64,000 nucleotides of DNA from Octopus sinensis. Lineage: Eukaryota. The stretch spans positions 45,322,001-45,386,000 of the forward strand of contig NC_043006.1 in assembly GCF_006345805.1 (NCBI RefSeq), written 5' to 3'. The translations under genes were made by a program, and so were the position numbers. How positions within the stretch are numbered: the stretch's first letter is position 1; each line of letters begins with the position of its first letter. This document shows positions 50,219-63,082 of this stretch, piece by piece. The notes under the pieces are model-generated. The model did not search any database and was not told where the DNA came from. It saw only the letters and a program-made list of their open reading frames with translations.

Positions 50219-52509
50219 GATTGGCTTGTTTTGGGTGCTTATTACAAAACACCATCTTGTTGGCCATAGCCAATTCTGAGAAAGTAACAAAAAGAACGAG
50301 AGAGAACATTCTCTGTTCTTACCAAGGGTGTGACAATCTTTCTAGTGCTAACACCACAACAAAATACTTTCAGTACACTCTGTAAAGTGTTTCATTATAG
50401 GAAGGGCAGAAAATATGCCAAAAATGGAGCATACGAGTGAGATATGGTTCACATTCTACCTAAGCTAGCTACCTTCAAGATTTAGAGACCTCCAAATAAA
50501 AACTAACTTAGACAACCTGTCCAATCTATGACAACATGGAAAAACAGGTTTTAAAAGGATGGCAATAACTGATGATGCACTCTTGATCATCACCAATGCA
50601 GTCACCAGAAATCAAATTCCACTGCTATTTCAAACATAATTTCGGATTTGTACCCTGACATGTCACTACAGTTTTTGTTTTCGTTGCACTGGTTGCAACA
50701 CTAGCTTTTGACACAAACTCAAAAACACTCTTAAGTTATACCTATTCATTTTATTTCATTTATTATTACAACCTGTTCATATGTAACCTCAGCTATATTA
50801 TCTACTTTTCCCCAAACTGTTTGCTATCAATTCAATCCCTGCATAATGGCATATTATTCCTTGTTTATGAGGAAATTTCTGATTGAAGTTAACTCTCGTT
50901 TCTTAAAGAATTTAATGTGAGAGATGCAGTTTAATTCATTGGTAAAGCATAGCAAACTGAAGAGGCATTCACACCGGAAAATAAATAGCATAGATCTTGG
51001 TCAGTTTAAATGTTTGAGTCTGGACCTGATGGAGACTCTGTCATTACAAATAACTTCAAGATTTAGAGACTTCTCAGAAGAGGTGAGGTTGGCAAAACAA
51101 AAACAAAAAACTAAGCTAGCTACCTTCAATTTAGTGCTTGTGCCTGTGGTCTTCACCGATGATCATGAAAACTGGGTAATGATCAGAAGTGTACAATCAC
51201 AAATGGGTAAAGGGTAAAGATCCCCTTCAGTCACAAATGACCATGGGACTGTACCTAGAAAGTCCCCCTTTGGGCACAAATTCAGGCAGGGTTGTTTGTG
51301 GAAGACCAACAGTCACCCATGCCTACCAGTCTCCCCACTCCACACCACTGATGGCGTCCAAGGGAAAGGCAAAGGTTGATACAGTTTGGCATTAGTGATG
51401 CCACAAATGATTTCTACAGCTGAGTGAACTGGAGCAATGTGAAAGAAAGATCACAAATACAAGCAGCAGAAATGGAGTTCCACCAAGGGATCTCTGGAGG
51501 AATGTTACTAGTCAGGGCGCATAGCTCTACTTTTCTGCACTGAGAGGTTACAACTCTAGTGCCATAGACATGTAATCAGAATATCACAGAAAAGAATTGC
51601 AAGGCAGATTCTTCAAGCCAAGCATTGACACAGTATAACAGTTGTAAATGAATGTCACTGTCAAGCAAGCAGTGTCCTTTGTTTCCAAAATTTCCATGGA
51701 AACATGTTTCATCATGGAGACATATTAGTTTACCTGGAAACAGGTACGGGTTGGTGGCAGGGAGGGCGTCCAGCCATAGAAAATATCTGCCTCAACAAAT
51801 TCTTTCCCACCCATGTGAGGATGGAAAAGTGTATATTAGAATGGTGGTGGTGGTGGTGGTGGTGGTGGTGATGATGTTGATGACAATGACGACTGTATGG
51901 ATGCAGCAAAAGAAGTGACTGTCCTGTGAATATATGCAGTTTGTTTACAGAGAGAAAATTTGATTTAATTGACCCTCGTACTTGACTGGTATCTATTTTA
52001 TTGATCCTGGAAGGATGGATCAAAGGCATGAAAGAATAGAAAACTAAAAACTGAAAAAAAAAGAAAAAGAAAAAGAAAGATTCCATTCTTCACACATTAA
52101 CTATCTTAGGTTCCAAACCACTACTCAGTGATCGAATCTATAAATCCTACTTCGTTTCAGCAAAAATTCTTTCATCTCTGAACATCAATCATTCAGTTAT
52201 ATAAGATAATCTTACCAACTTTAAAGTTAGACACTTTTCTATTTTCATGAACCAAGATATTCTTATATAGTTTTGGAGGTTAATTTAAGAAATTCATCAG
52301 TTCCATTTATGTTTATATCAGTATCTACACACGAACTTAGCCTATACTGCCTTTGATAATAAACAATAACAAGCATTTCCCTTTGTAAGTTCCAACATCC
52401 ACAGAATAATTTGCACAACACTCATAAAAGTTCTTTCACAATCTTATATATATATATATATAATATATATGTGTATCTAGATATGTACATACATATATGT
52501 ATGTATATA

Positions 52510-52563
<54 letters not shown>

Positions 52564-52903
52564 ATGTATGTATATGTATATTCCAACAAACTTACTCATA
52601 ACTTTACCAATCCCCCTGTTTTGGTTTGTAATTTTTTTTCTTTTGCTTTTCTTTGATTTTTTTTTTTGTTTTTTAATACTATCAGCAAGACTATATTCTT
52701 GCTTTTGTAAGTTTATTGAGGTCACAGTCATGTAATTAGTACTTTCAATTTGTTCATGCTAATCCTCAACTCTTTTGTTTGCAGAAGATTCTGTTTTCTG
52801 TTCTTATTCGCCCAAAGAAAGATCCAAAGTAAGCTCTCTTACACACACACACATACACACACACATGCACGCATACAAAAATGTGTGTAAGTGTGTGTGT
52901 AGG

Positions 52904-52952
<49 letters not shown>

Positions 52953-53160
52953 GATAGATAGATAGAGAGAGAATAAAGATACATACATACATACACACAC
53001 ATATATAATATATATATATACCTATAAATATCTATATATTTGTATACATATATACCTATATATACATACACACACACATATATACATTTTCATATATATA
53101 TATACATATATATATATTCATATCTATACATATATATACAAACACATATATACATCTGTA

Positions 53161-53570
53161 TACTCTTTACTCTTTTACTTGTTTCAGTCATTTGACTGTG
53201 ACCATGCTGGAGCACTGCCTTTAGTCGAGCAAATTGACCCCAGGACTTATTCTTTTAAGCCTAGTACTTATGCTATCGGTCTCTTTTGCCGAACCGCTAA
53301 GTTACGGGGACGTAAACACACCAGCATCGGTTGTCAAGTGATGTTGGGAGGACAAACACAGACACACAACACACACACATATTTATACATACATATACAT
53401 ATATATGATGGGCTTCTTTCAGTTTCCGTCTACCAAATCCACTCACAAGGCTTTGGTCGGCCCGAGGGTATAGTAGAAGACACTTGCCCAAGGTACCACA
53501 CAGTGAGACTGAACCCAGAGCCATGTGGTTGGTAAGCAAGCTACTTACCACACAGTCACTCCTGCGCCTA
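53161..53570 (-). mobile_element. SINE family A, full length
   Basis: Colinear with the other copies. Confidence 0.85.
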
Positions 53571-54554
53571 CATATACATATACACACATACATATACATA
53601 TACATACACTCTCTCCTCACACTCTTATGAAACTTCTCCCTGCCCCGTCATCCACTGTCTGTATCTTCTCTTATACCAACCTTTTGATATCTTGAGCTGC
53701 TCTGGCATCCCATCAGCACCATCTCTATTTTCTTTCCAGCTTCTCCCACCCACATTCATATAATACAAGGTTGCCTTCTATCTCTTCTATAGCAAGGGAA
53801 CCTGGGCTTGTCCAGCTACCAAACTTCAGTCCCTCAACACCTGGCATAGAACCATCACACCTCCTCCCCTGTCAAATACCACTACCCTTTAGTCAAAGAG
53901 GGATTTTTTCCCCTCTTTTCCCATCTTTCTCTTTTTTCTTTGTCTCACGGGTTACCTGGTGACATCACTAATGCCAGTGACATGAAAAATGCAACCAATA
54001 CACTATATAGAGTGGTTGGCATTAGGAAGGGTACCCAACCATAGATACCTGGAGTGCAATACATCCTTGCAGCTTCTACTACAGCCTCAAGCCAACCAAA
54101 GCCTTGTGAGTGGATTTGGTAAATAGAAACTGAAAGAAGCCTATTACGTATGCGTGTGCGTGTGTGTCGTTTTGACCCCTAACTACTGCTTGACAACCGG
54201 TGTTGGTATGTTTATGTCCCCATAACATAGTGGTTTGGCAAAAGCAACCAATATACTGACTCCAGGCTTAAAAAAAAAGCTGCAATACAGCCTTGCAGCT
54301 TGCTGGATTCTGTAAAACTATCCAGCTTATGCCAGCACAGAAAATGGGCATTAAGTGATGAGGGTGATGGTATTTATACACCAGGTACAGGTATGTCTGT
54401 ACAGTAAGAAAATTGCTTCCCAACCACGTGGTCCCAGGTTCAGTCCCACTGCATGACACCTCAGGAAAATGTCTTCTACTATAGCCTTGGGCCAACCAAA
54501 GCCTTGTGAGTGGATTTGGTAAACAAAAACTGAAAGAAGTCTGTTGTGTGTGTA

Positions 54555-54601
<47 letters not shown>

Positions 54602-55295
54602 CTTTTTGTTCCCCAACTACTGCTTGACAACCGGTGTTAGTATATTTACATCCCCATAATGAAGTTGTTTCGCAAAAGCGACCAATAATACCAGGTTTCA
54701 AAAAAAAAAAGTACTGTGGTTAATTCATTCAACTGAAATTCTTCAAAGCAGTGCCCCAGCATGGCCACAGTCTAATGACTGAAACAAGTAAAAGATAAAA
54801 GACACACACACACACACACACACACACATATGCAGGAATCTTTTATCCTTTACCTGTTTCAGTCATTAGACTGTGGCCATGCTGGAGCACTGCCTTGAAG
54901 AGTTTATAGTCGACTGAATCAATCTCAGATCTTGTATTTTAAAGCCTGATACTTATTCTATCAATTTCTTTTGTTGAACCACTAAGTTACAGTGACGTAA
55001 ACACACCAACACCAATTGTCAAACAGTAGTAAGAGACAAACACAAATACAGAGAGAGAAACTGACAGACAGACAGACAAACAGGCAGGTAGGCACACAGA
55101 CAGGCTGGCAGGCAGACAGATAAATAAATAATGGAGTGAAAAGAAATAATTTAAATGAATTGAGAGGGTAAAGGGAAGGGAATGAAGAGATGCTTTTCAA
55201 ATATACAATGGGTAATTGTTAAGTCAAACCAGAAAGAAGATAAAGATTGTTGCAAGAAGTCAATGCTCATTGAGAATTGGAGAGAAGTATTGTAA

Positions 55296-55665
55296 AACAA
55301 GAGCACTCAGAGAGGGTAAACCTCCACTAAGACAATATCAATGTCCTCTCAACGATTAGCTGGAGATGATTTTTAAAATGAGAATATTTGAAATAAACTC
55401 AACTGCTCTCACAAACAAGAATACTAAAAATGAATCCAACTGCTCTCAAAAGTTAAGTTAAAAAACCGGAAGAATAATCCAGAATCCTTGTTCGGTAATG
55501 GAGCGATTCCCAAACTCTAATCAGTTCGTGCCAGTCATGATGCCAAACATCTCTGAAAGTTTCATCTGAATCCATCCAGTAGTTCTTGAGATATCTTGTC
55601 CATGGACAAACAAACAAATGCAACTAAAAATAATATCTCCGATTTCGCTAAGGCTGAGGTAATAA
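55296..55665 (-). mobile_element. Helentron-associated / DINE-like element, second copy
   Basis: Colinear with 19066-19438. Confidence 0.5.
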
Positions 55666-56542
55666 TGAGAAACTGAAGAAACAGAAACCAAGCTCAAGGT
55701 AAAAAGAATAAGAAAATATGAAAGAAGATAAAATAAAGCAAGGCTTGAAGCAAAAAGATTAAGAACTACTGAAAGGATAAATAAATAAAACATTTTTGAA
55801 GGGTAAAACAGTAGATTAATAAAGTTGTATAAACCCATGGTACTTTTTTAGGACCAGAAGGATAATCCATCATATTTCTGTAACACCTGTATTTTTCTGA
55901 GATATCTTTAATTAGTCATCAGGACAAGAGTGTCTTTCAAATATTGTAATAATTTTTTTTTTATATATTTAGTATCAGATAAAGCTGTATAAAAAACGAT
56001 TTTTGGTAATCAAATAAAAAAAAAAATTGGGCACTAATGAGTTTTAATAAAGTTGTATAGCTATGAGTTTGTAAAATTAAAGATTTGTTATACTTTTCAG
56101 CATAACCATGCCTCCATAGATTCTTGTATGTTTGCACCTGATACTAACAAAGCGTTTCACCCCTGTTGACAAGCAGAAGGGTGATTCGAAGAATATTTGT
56201 TATTTCTTGCAGGTCATGTGACCATATAAATGCCTCTCTATGTTCTTCACAAAAAAACCCAGAAAAGCAAGTGTGGTAAATTACTTCCTGAAGGGTATGA
56301 TTTGAAGAATATTGGGCTGTTATTTCTAGCAGGTTGAGTAACCACATAGAGTAACTCTCCTTAGCTCAAGGAATTCCATGGGTTTCTGAGGAGATGGCTT
56401 GTTAGTTTTTGTAAATTGCTGCAGCCAATTAGTTGGAAGTAGTCTAATGAGCCATTAACTCAACGTATAACAAGTTTATTCTCAATGCACAGAGAATATA
56501 GATTGTGTAAGCAATGTCCTGTTGCATTATATTGAATAGGGA

Positions 56543-57222
56543 AAGGCAGCAAGCTGGCAGAAACATTAGCATGCCAGGCGAAATGCTTAGCAGTATTTCA
56601 TCTGTCTTTGTGTTCTGAGTTCAAATTCCGCCGAGGTCGACCTTACCTTTCATCCTTTCAGGAGTCAATAATATTAAGTACCAGTTGCATACAGGGGTCA
56701 ATCTAATTGACTGACCCCCTCCCCCCAAAATTTCAGGCCTTGTGCCTAGAGTAGAAAAGATTATATTGAATGTGGAGAGGTGGTGAACTGGCAGAAACGT
56801 TAGCACACCAGGTGAAATGCTTAACGGTATTTCGTCTGACAGAAACGTTAGCACGCCGGGCGAAATGCGTAGCCGTATTTCGTCTGTCGTTACGTTGTGA
56901 GTTCAAATTCCGCCAAGGTCGACTTTGCCTTTCATCCTTTCGGGGTCGATAAATTAAGTACCAGTTACGCACTGGGGTCGATGTAATCGACTTAATACCT
57001 ATGTCTGTCCTTGTTTGTCCCCTCTGTGTTTAGCCTCTTGTGGGTAATAAAGAAATAGGTATTTCGTCTGTCTTTATGTTCTGAGTTCAAATTCCACTGA
57101 AGTTGACTTTACCTTTCACCCTTTTGGGGTCAATAAAATTAAGTACCAGTTGCATACTGGTGTTGATCTAATTGACTGGCCCCTCCCCGAAAATTTTAGG
57201 CCTTGTGCCTAGAGTAGAAAAG
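56543..57222 (+). mobile_element. Cluster of three SINE family B copies
   Basis: The block gagttcaaattcc...aagtaccagtt occurs three times, and the flank attatattgaat recurs three times. Confidence 0.8.
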
Positions 57223-57469
57223 ATTATATTGAATGTAGAGAAATAGCAGAAACTGAAAAGAAATGAGTTGTACTTGATCTGTTGGATGTGTCATGTCAAT
57301 GATGGAGCACAGACTAGCTGAGAAAATAGCAGGGAATGTAAAGGTCTCATTTAAAATATGATGTAAAGTCAATTGTAATGTCAAAGAATATTATATTTTA
57401 TCTTTTATTTCACTCATTAGGCTGCAGCCATGCTGGAGCACTACCTTGGGGAATTTTAGTCGAATGAAG

Positions 57470-57872
57470 CTGACCTCCGTGCTGGTGGCACGGAAAAAAC
57501 ATCATTCGAGCGTGATCGTTACCTGCGTTGCTTTACTGGCACTTGTACTGGCGGCACATGAAAAACATTCGAGTGAGGTCGTTGCCAGTACCGCTGGACT
57601 GGCTCCTGTGCAGGTGGCACATAAAAAAAAAAGTACCATTTGAGCATGGCCGTTGCCAGTACCGCCTGACTAGCCCTCGTGCCTGTGGCACGTAAAAGCA
57701 CCCACTGCATTCTCGGAGTGGTTGGCATTAGGAAGGGCATCCAGCTGTAGAAACTCTGCCAGATCAGATTGGAGCCTGGTGCAGCCATCTGGATCGTCAG
57801 ACCTCAGTCAAATCGTCCAACCCATGCTAGCATGGAAAGTGGACGTTTAGCAATAATGATGATGATGATGAT
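57470..57872 (+). mobile_element. RTE LINE 3' UTR with (GAT)n tail
   Basis: Reverse-complement match to 58925-59250. Confidence 0.75.
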
Positions 57873-58028
57873 AAATCATCCTCAGAACTTAATTTTTTTA
57901 AAGCCTGGTACTTATTCTATCAGTCTCATTTGCTGAACTACTAAGTCATAAGGATGTAAACACACCAATACTGGTTGTCAAGGAGCGATGGAGACAGGCA
58001 CTGACACAAAGACACACACATGCATGCG

Positions 58029-58070
<42 letters not shown>

Positions 58071-58924
58071 ACAGGCATCTTTCAGTTTCCCTCTACCAAA
58101 TCCACTCAAAAGGCTGGCTTTGGTCAGCCTGAGGCTATAGTAGAAGATACTTGCCCAAGGTACCACACAGTGGGACTGAACCTAGAACCATGTGGTTTGG
58201 AAGTGAGCTTCTTACTACAAAGGCTTACCTGCAACTAGGTGAGAAAAACAAAGTGTTGTGAGCTACCATTAGAACTTATCCATGGCTGTAGAAGAGCAAG
58301 AAAAATAAATGATAATGGGAAGAAATGAAGTAATGGTGCGAGATATCAAGATGTTGGGCCTCGTAATCACGAGTGAGATTGACATAGATTTGAAGACAAT
58401 GGTAACGAGCTGTGCGGCAGACTCAAGAAATCTATGAGCATTGGCATAAACAGCCAAGTCAAATCTCCTGGTAATATACATAAAAATATTTGAGCATCAT
58501 CAACTATTAAGAAACTCATTGAATGCAGAAAGCTGTTTCCATTCATATGTATATTAGAAAACTTCCCATTGCATACACAGAGCTCTACTACTACGTAAAA
58601 TATGAAATTGTGTTTTCTGTAATTCAGTCTTTCTATCTGTCTGTCTGTTTATCTGTCTATTAGTCTGTTTGTCTGTCTATCTATCTATCGATCTAACTAT
58701 CTAACTACCCATTTATCTATCTATCTATCATTTGTATATATAGTAGGAGTGTGACTGTATGGTAAGTAGCTTGCTTATAAACCACATGGTTCCAGGTTCA
58801 GTCCCACTGCGTGGCATCTTGGGCAAGTGTCTTCTACTATAGCCTCGGGCTGACCAAAGCCTTGTGAGTGGATTTGGCAGATGGACACTGAAAGAAGGCT
58901 GTCGTATATATGTATATATATATA

Positions 58925-60290
58925 TCATCATCATCATCATCATCATCATCGTTTAACGTCCATTCTCCATGCTAGCATGGGTTGGATGGTTCGACCGGGG
59001 ATCTGGGAAGCCAGAAGGCTGCACCAGGCTCCAGTCTTATCTGGCAATGTTTCTACAGCTGGATGCCCTTCCTAACGCCAACCACTCCATGAGTGTAGTG
59101 GGTGCTTTTTACGTGCCACCTGCACAGGTGCCAGGCGAGGCTGGCAATGGCCACGGTCGGATTGGTGTATTTTATGTGCCACCGGCACGGAAGCCAGTCG
59201 AGGCGGCGCTGGCATCGGCCACGAGTCGGATAGTGCTTTTTACCTACCACCAGACCAGGGATCCTGGCTGGTTCAATTCAATTTCGATTTCACTTGCCCC
59301 AACATGTTTTCGCAAGCAAAGGGGGTTGGCATGGGTGCCTGTCGTACGGTTGGATTGGTGTATTTTACGTGCCACCAGCACGGAAGCCAGTGGAGGTGAC
59401 GCTGGCATCGGCCACGAGTCGGATAGTGCTTTTTACGTACCACCAGACCAGGGATCCTGGCTGGTTCAGTTCGATTTCGATTTCGCTTTCGCTTTCACTT
59501 GCCCCAACATGTTTTCGCAAGCAAAGGGGGTTGGCATGGGTGCCTGTCGTACGGTTGGATTGGTGTATTTTACGTGCCACCAGCACGGAAGCCAGTGGAG
59601 GTGGCGCTGGCATCGGCCACGAGTCGGATAGTGCTTTTTACGTACCACCAGACCAGGGATCCTGGCTGGTTCAGTTCAATTTCGATTTCGCTTTCGCTTT
59701 CGCTTGCCCCAACATGTCTTCGCAAGCAAAGGGGGTTGGCATGGGTGCCTGTCGTCGGATGAGGTTCTATATCGACTTCGCTTGCCTCAACAGGTCTTTG
59801 TGTCCAAGGGAGGAAAAGCATTCATAAGTGGGCTGGGCTCACTTGTCCTGCCTGGTCTTCTCACGTACAGCATATTTCCAAAGGTCTCGGTTGCTGGTCA
59901 TTTCTTCAGTGAGGCCTAAAGTTCGAAGGTTGTTCTTCACCACCTCGTCCCAGGTTTTCCTGGGTCTACCTCTTCCACGGGTTCCCTCAACTGCTAGGGA
60001 TTGGCACTTTTTCACACACCTATCTTCATCCATTCTCGCCACATGACCATACCAGCGCAATCGTCTCTCTTGCACACCACAACTGATGCTCCTTAGGTCC
60101 AACATTTCTCTCAGGGTACTAACACTCTGTCAAGCATGCACACTGACATTACACATCCATCGGAGCATACTGGCTTCATTTCTCGCGAGCTTACGCATGT
60201 CCTCAGCAGTCACGGCCCATGTTTCACTGCCATGTAGCATAGCTGTTCGTACACATGCATCATACAGTCTGCCTTTTACTCTGCCTTTTA
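58925..60290 (-). mobile_element. 5'-truncated RTE-clade LINE: ORF2 C-terminus, repetitive 3' UTR and (GAT)n tail
   Basis: Translation RVKGRLYDACVRTAMLHGSETW...ASMLRWMC...A*QSVSTLRE...RRLRWYGHVARM...GRGRPRKTWDEVV (YGSETW, RLRWxGHV and RGRP motifs), with an in-frame stop ending at 60130. Confidence 0.92.
59159..59757. repeat. Three tandem ~200-bp units inside the RTE 3' UTR
   Basis: ggattggtgtatttt recurs at 59159, 59352 and 59557. Confidence 0.9.
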
Positions 60291-60479
60291 CACATACATA
60301 CATATATATATGTATGTATGTGTGTGTGTGTTTGTGTGTCTGTGTTTGTCCCCCCGACATCGCTTGACAACCAATGCTGGTGTGTTTACGTCCGCGTAAC
60401 TTAGCGGTTCAGTAAAAGAGACATGTATATATAAAGGTACGCTAGACAGTAATCACTAAAATAAAGCTATGCACAATTA

Positions 60480-60677
60480 CAAGGGTGTGCTGAAAAGTTC
60501 TAGGCTTTGGGTAAAAGAAAATACAAGAGGATTAGTTAATTATCATTTTATTTAACATATTCCCATCTCAGATTCACACACTTATTGCTGCAATCTCTAA
60601 AAGAACTCGGAATGTTGGGCCGCCAGCCAGGCCTTTCATGATACCCTTAAAGCCAGGACCTTTTCTGCACCTCCTCA
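60480..60677 (-). mobile_element. Mariner-derived MITE, TA-flanked
   Basis: Reverse complement of 19978-20194. Confidence 0.7.
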
Positions 60678-60696
60678 TATATATACATAATTACAT

Positions 60697-60860
60697 ATGC
60701 TCCGGCGTCTGGCGACGGACTTGGTAAACGCCCACAAAGTTGTCAACCACCTCACCAATAACAACACTGAACACCTTTTTGATCTCCATGTGTCTAACAC
60801 ACGTGGACATGCCTACAAAGTCAGAAAACAACACAGCTTCATTAACTTCTACTGGAGCCG
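60697..60860 (+). mobile_element. CR1-group LINE ORF2 C-terminal fragment
   Basis: LRRLATDLVNAHKVVNHL...F...SNTRGHAYKVRKQ resembles the RR.R.DLI..YKI...TRGH..KL motif. A tRNA-like SINE head lies on the minus strand at ~60890-60975. Confidence 0.7.
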
Positions 60861-61314
60861 TGTGGAGCTTAGGCGTTTCGCTCATAAACATACACATCGC
60901 CCGATCTGAGATTCGAACCCAGGATTCCTCAACCACGAGGTCCGCTTCTCTAACCACTAGGCCATGTGCCTCCACTTCTTAAATATAGAACTGTATATTT
61001 ATATATATTTTTAAAAAATTTATTTATCTAGTTTCAGCTCACAAGCTGTGGCCATGCTGGGGATATATGTACGTATATATATATATTATATATATATATA
61101 TATATATGTGAAATAGAAAGATGAATAATCTTGTAGTAGATTAATCAAAAGTTTAACCGATACCTTAGTAGCAAAAATCACAGCAGTAAACAGCACGGTT
61201 GGAGGTACAACCATCTGGCGTTGCAACCGTGCGTTGGTGCGGATAATTGAAATTAAAACATTATTGGTGAATTGAAGAATGGAGCTGAACGCAGATTGAA
61301 CAGAAATCGTTTTA

Positions 61315-61404
61315 TTTCATTCTACACGTGTTTCGAAAGGCACAAATTACCAAAATCCGATTGAATAATGGGACCATATTGTGTCTTTCTCTTCAGGAAG
61401 AAAA
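61315..61404 (-). ncRNA. Type I hammerhead ribozyme (left arm)
   Basis: Reverse complement of 61879-61968. Confidence 0.8.
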
Positions 61405-61878
61405 AAGGAAATCCGTTGGAAAACAAAAACAGAACAGAGGCGGAGCAAAAAACAAATCGAACTGTGCTCCTAAGAGCCCATGGCGAAACTGTTTATCAGT
61501 GTATGTTGAGAACGGTGGCTGAAGAATTCAACGGGTCAGGCATCGGTCAATCATGTGGGTGAGGGTGTATAGATGTTCTTTGTGACGAGAATAAAGTTCT
61601 GACTATTTAAAGAATATTGGATGTTTTATAAGGGGCGACGGACTTGGTAAACGCCCCTTATAAAACATCCAATATTCTTTAAATAGTCAGAACTTATTCT
61701 CGGTCACAAAGAACATCTATACACCCTCACCCACATGATTGACCGATGCCTGACCGTGAATTCTTCAGCCACCGGTTCAACATACACGATAAAAGTTTCG
61801 CCATGGGCTCTTAGGAGCACAGTTCGATTTGTTTTTTGCTCGCCTCTGTTCTGTTTTTGTTTTTCCAACGGATTTCCT

Positions 61879-61968
61879 TTTTCTTCCTGAAGAGAAAGAC
61901 ACAATATGGTCCCATTATTCAATCGGATTTTGGTAATTTGTGCCTTTCGAAACACGTGTAGAATGAAA
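61879..61968 (+). ncRNA. Type I hammerhead ribozyme (right arm)
   Basis: Stem I ttttcttc/gaatgaaa (one mismatch); CTGAAGA; stem II gaaagacacaa...ttgtgcctttc; GAAA; palindromic stem III ACACGTGT; GUA site at 61960. Confidence 0.8.
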
Positions 61969-62018
61969 TAAAACGATTTCTGTTCAATCTGCGTTCATCC
62001 ATTTCTTCAATCACCAAT

Positions 62019-62093
<75 letters not shown>

Positions 62094-62319
62094 TGTATGT
62101 GTGTGTGTGTGTGTGGGTGGGTGTGTGGGTGTGTGTGTGTGTGTAATGAGCTCTCTGGTCAATACCATAGCTGATAGCCCCACCGATCCTCTAATGAGCA
62201 TTGTCTATGTGAGTATAGTAAAACAGAGAGGAAGAGAAGGAGGAGGTTTGTCATTTTCCTTATAAGTAGCAATCAAGCTCATTTATTCATATTGTTTTGA
62301 ATTAATCAAAATGCTCATT

Positions 62320-62730
62320 TACTCTTTACTCTCTTTTACTCTTACTTGTTTCAATCATTTGACTGTGGCCATGCTGAAGCACTGCCCTTAGTTGAGCAAA
62401 TCGACCCCAGAACTTATTCTTTGTAAGCCTAGTACTTATTCTATCGGTCACTTTTGCCGAACCGCTAAGTTATGGGGACGTAAACACACCAGCATTGGTT
62501 GTCAACGATATTGGGGGGACAAACGCAGACACACAAACTTATACACACACATACATATATATATATACAATGGGCTTCTTTCAGTTTCCATCTACCAAAT
62601 CCACTCACAAGCCTTTGGTCAGCCTGAGGTTATAGTAGAAGACACTTGCCCAAGGTGCCACGCAGTGGGACTGAACCCGGAACCATGTAGTTCGTAAGCA
62701 AGCTATTTGCCACAGCCACTCCTACACCTA
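62320..62730 (-). mobile_element. SINE family A, full length
   Basis: Colinear with the other copies. Confidence 0.85.
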
Positions 62731-63082
62731 TTTACATTGTTTTGAACTAATCATGCCTTATTATCTTGTAGCTTTATGATTTCAATGATGTGATTGTTTA
62801 TTTTCAGAATGAGATTGTAGGGTAGGTGTGAGAGGTCAGATCTCAATGGTTTGAACATAAAACAGGTAGGTATTAATTGCTGGTAGGGACACCATATTTC
62901 TTTAAGCAACTATAATACACTACCAAGTGTATTAAAGGATTATAAGCCAAAGCTGTGTGCTACCTGTGTTAGCAGTGCTATTCAATCACTTTTTGAAGTT
63001 ATCTCTACAGTGCTGGCTCTAGTTTCTATTGAAAATCTGAAGAGATAACTCTAAAAACATGTTAAGATATTTGAGCCAGATA

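Larger units (their letters stand above)
58742..60420 (+). mobile_element. SINE family A split by an RTE LINE insertion
   Basis: Head and CORE-like block at 58742-58915; body resumes at ~60300-60420. Confidence 0.8.
61110..62027. mobile_element. Penelope-like pseudo-LTR inserted as an inverted repeat between (TA)n tracts
   Basis: Arms 61254-61637 and 61652-62027 are reverse complements with a 14-nt spacer. The left arm extends ~140 bp further. Each arm contains an HHR. Confidence 0.75.

Noticed and set aside
50322-50378. 57-nt minus-strand exon-like segment (cag...gtaag) encoding SVLKVFCCGVSTRKIVTPL
   Set aside because: It overlaps a degenerate RTE 3' stub, and there are no supporting neighbouring exons.
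58969-59827. 220-aa and 177-aa ORFs with internal repeats
   Set aside because: They are antisense to the RTE 3' UTR and arise from its tandem 200-bp units.
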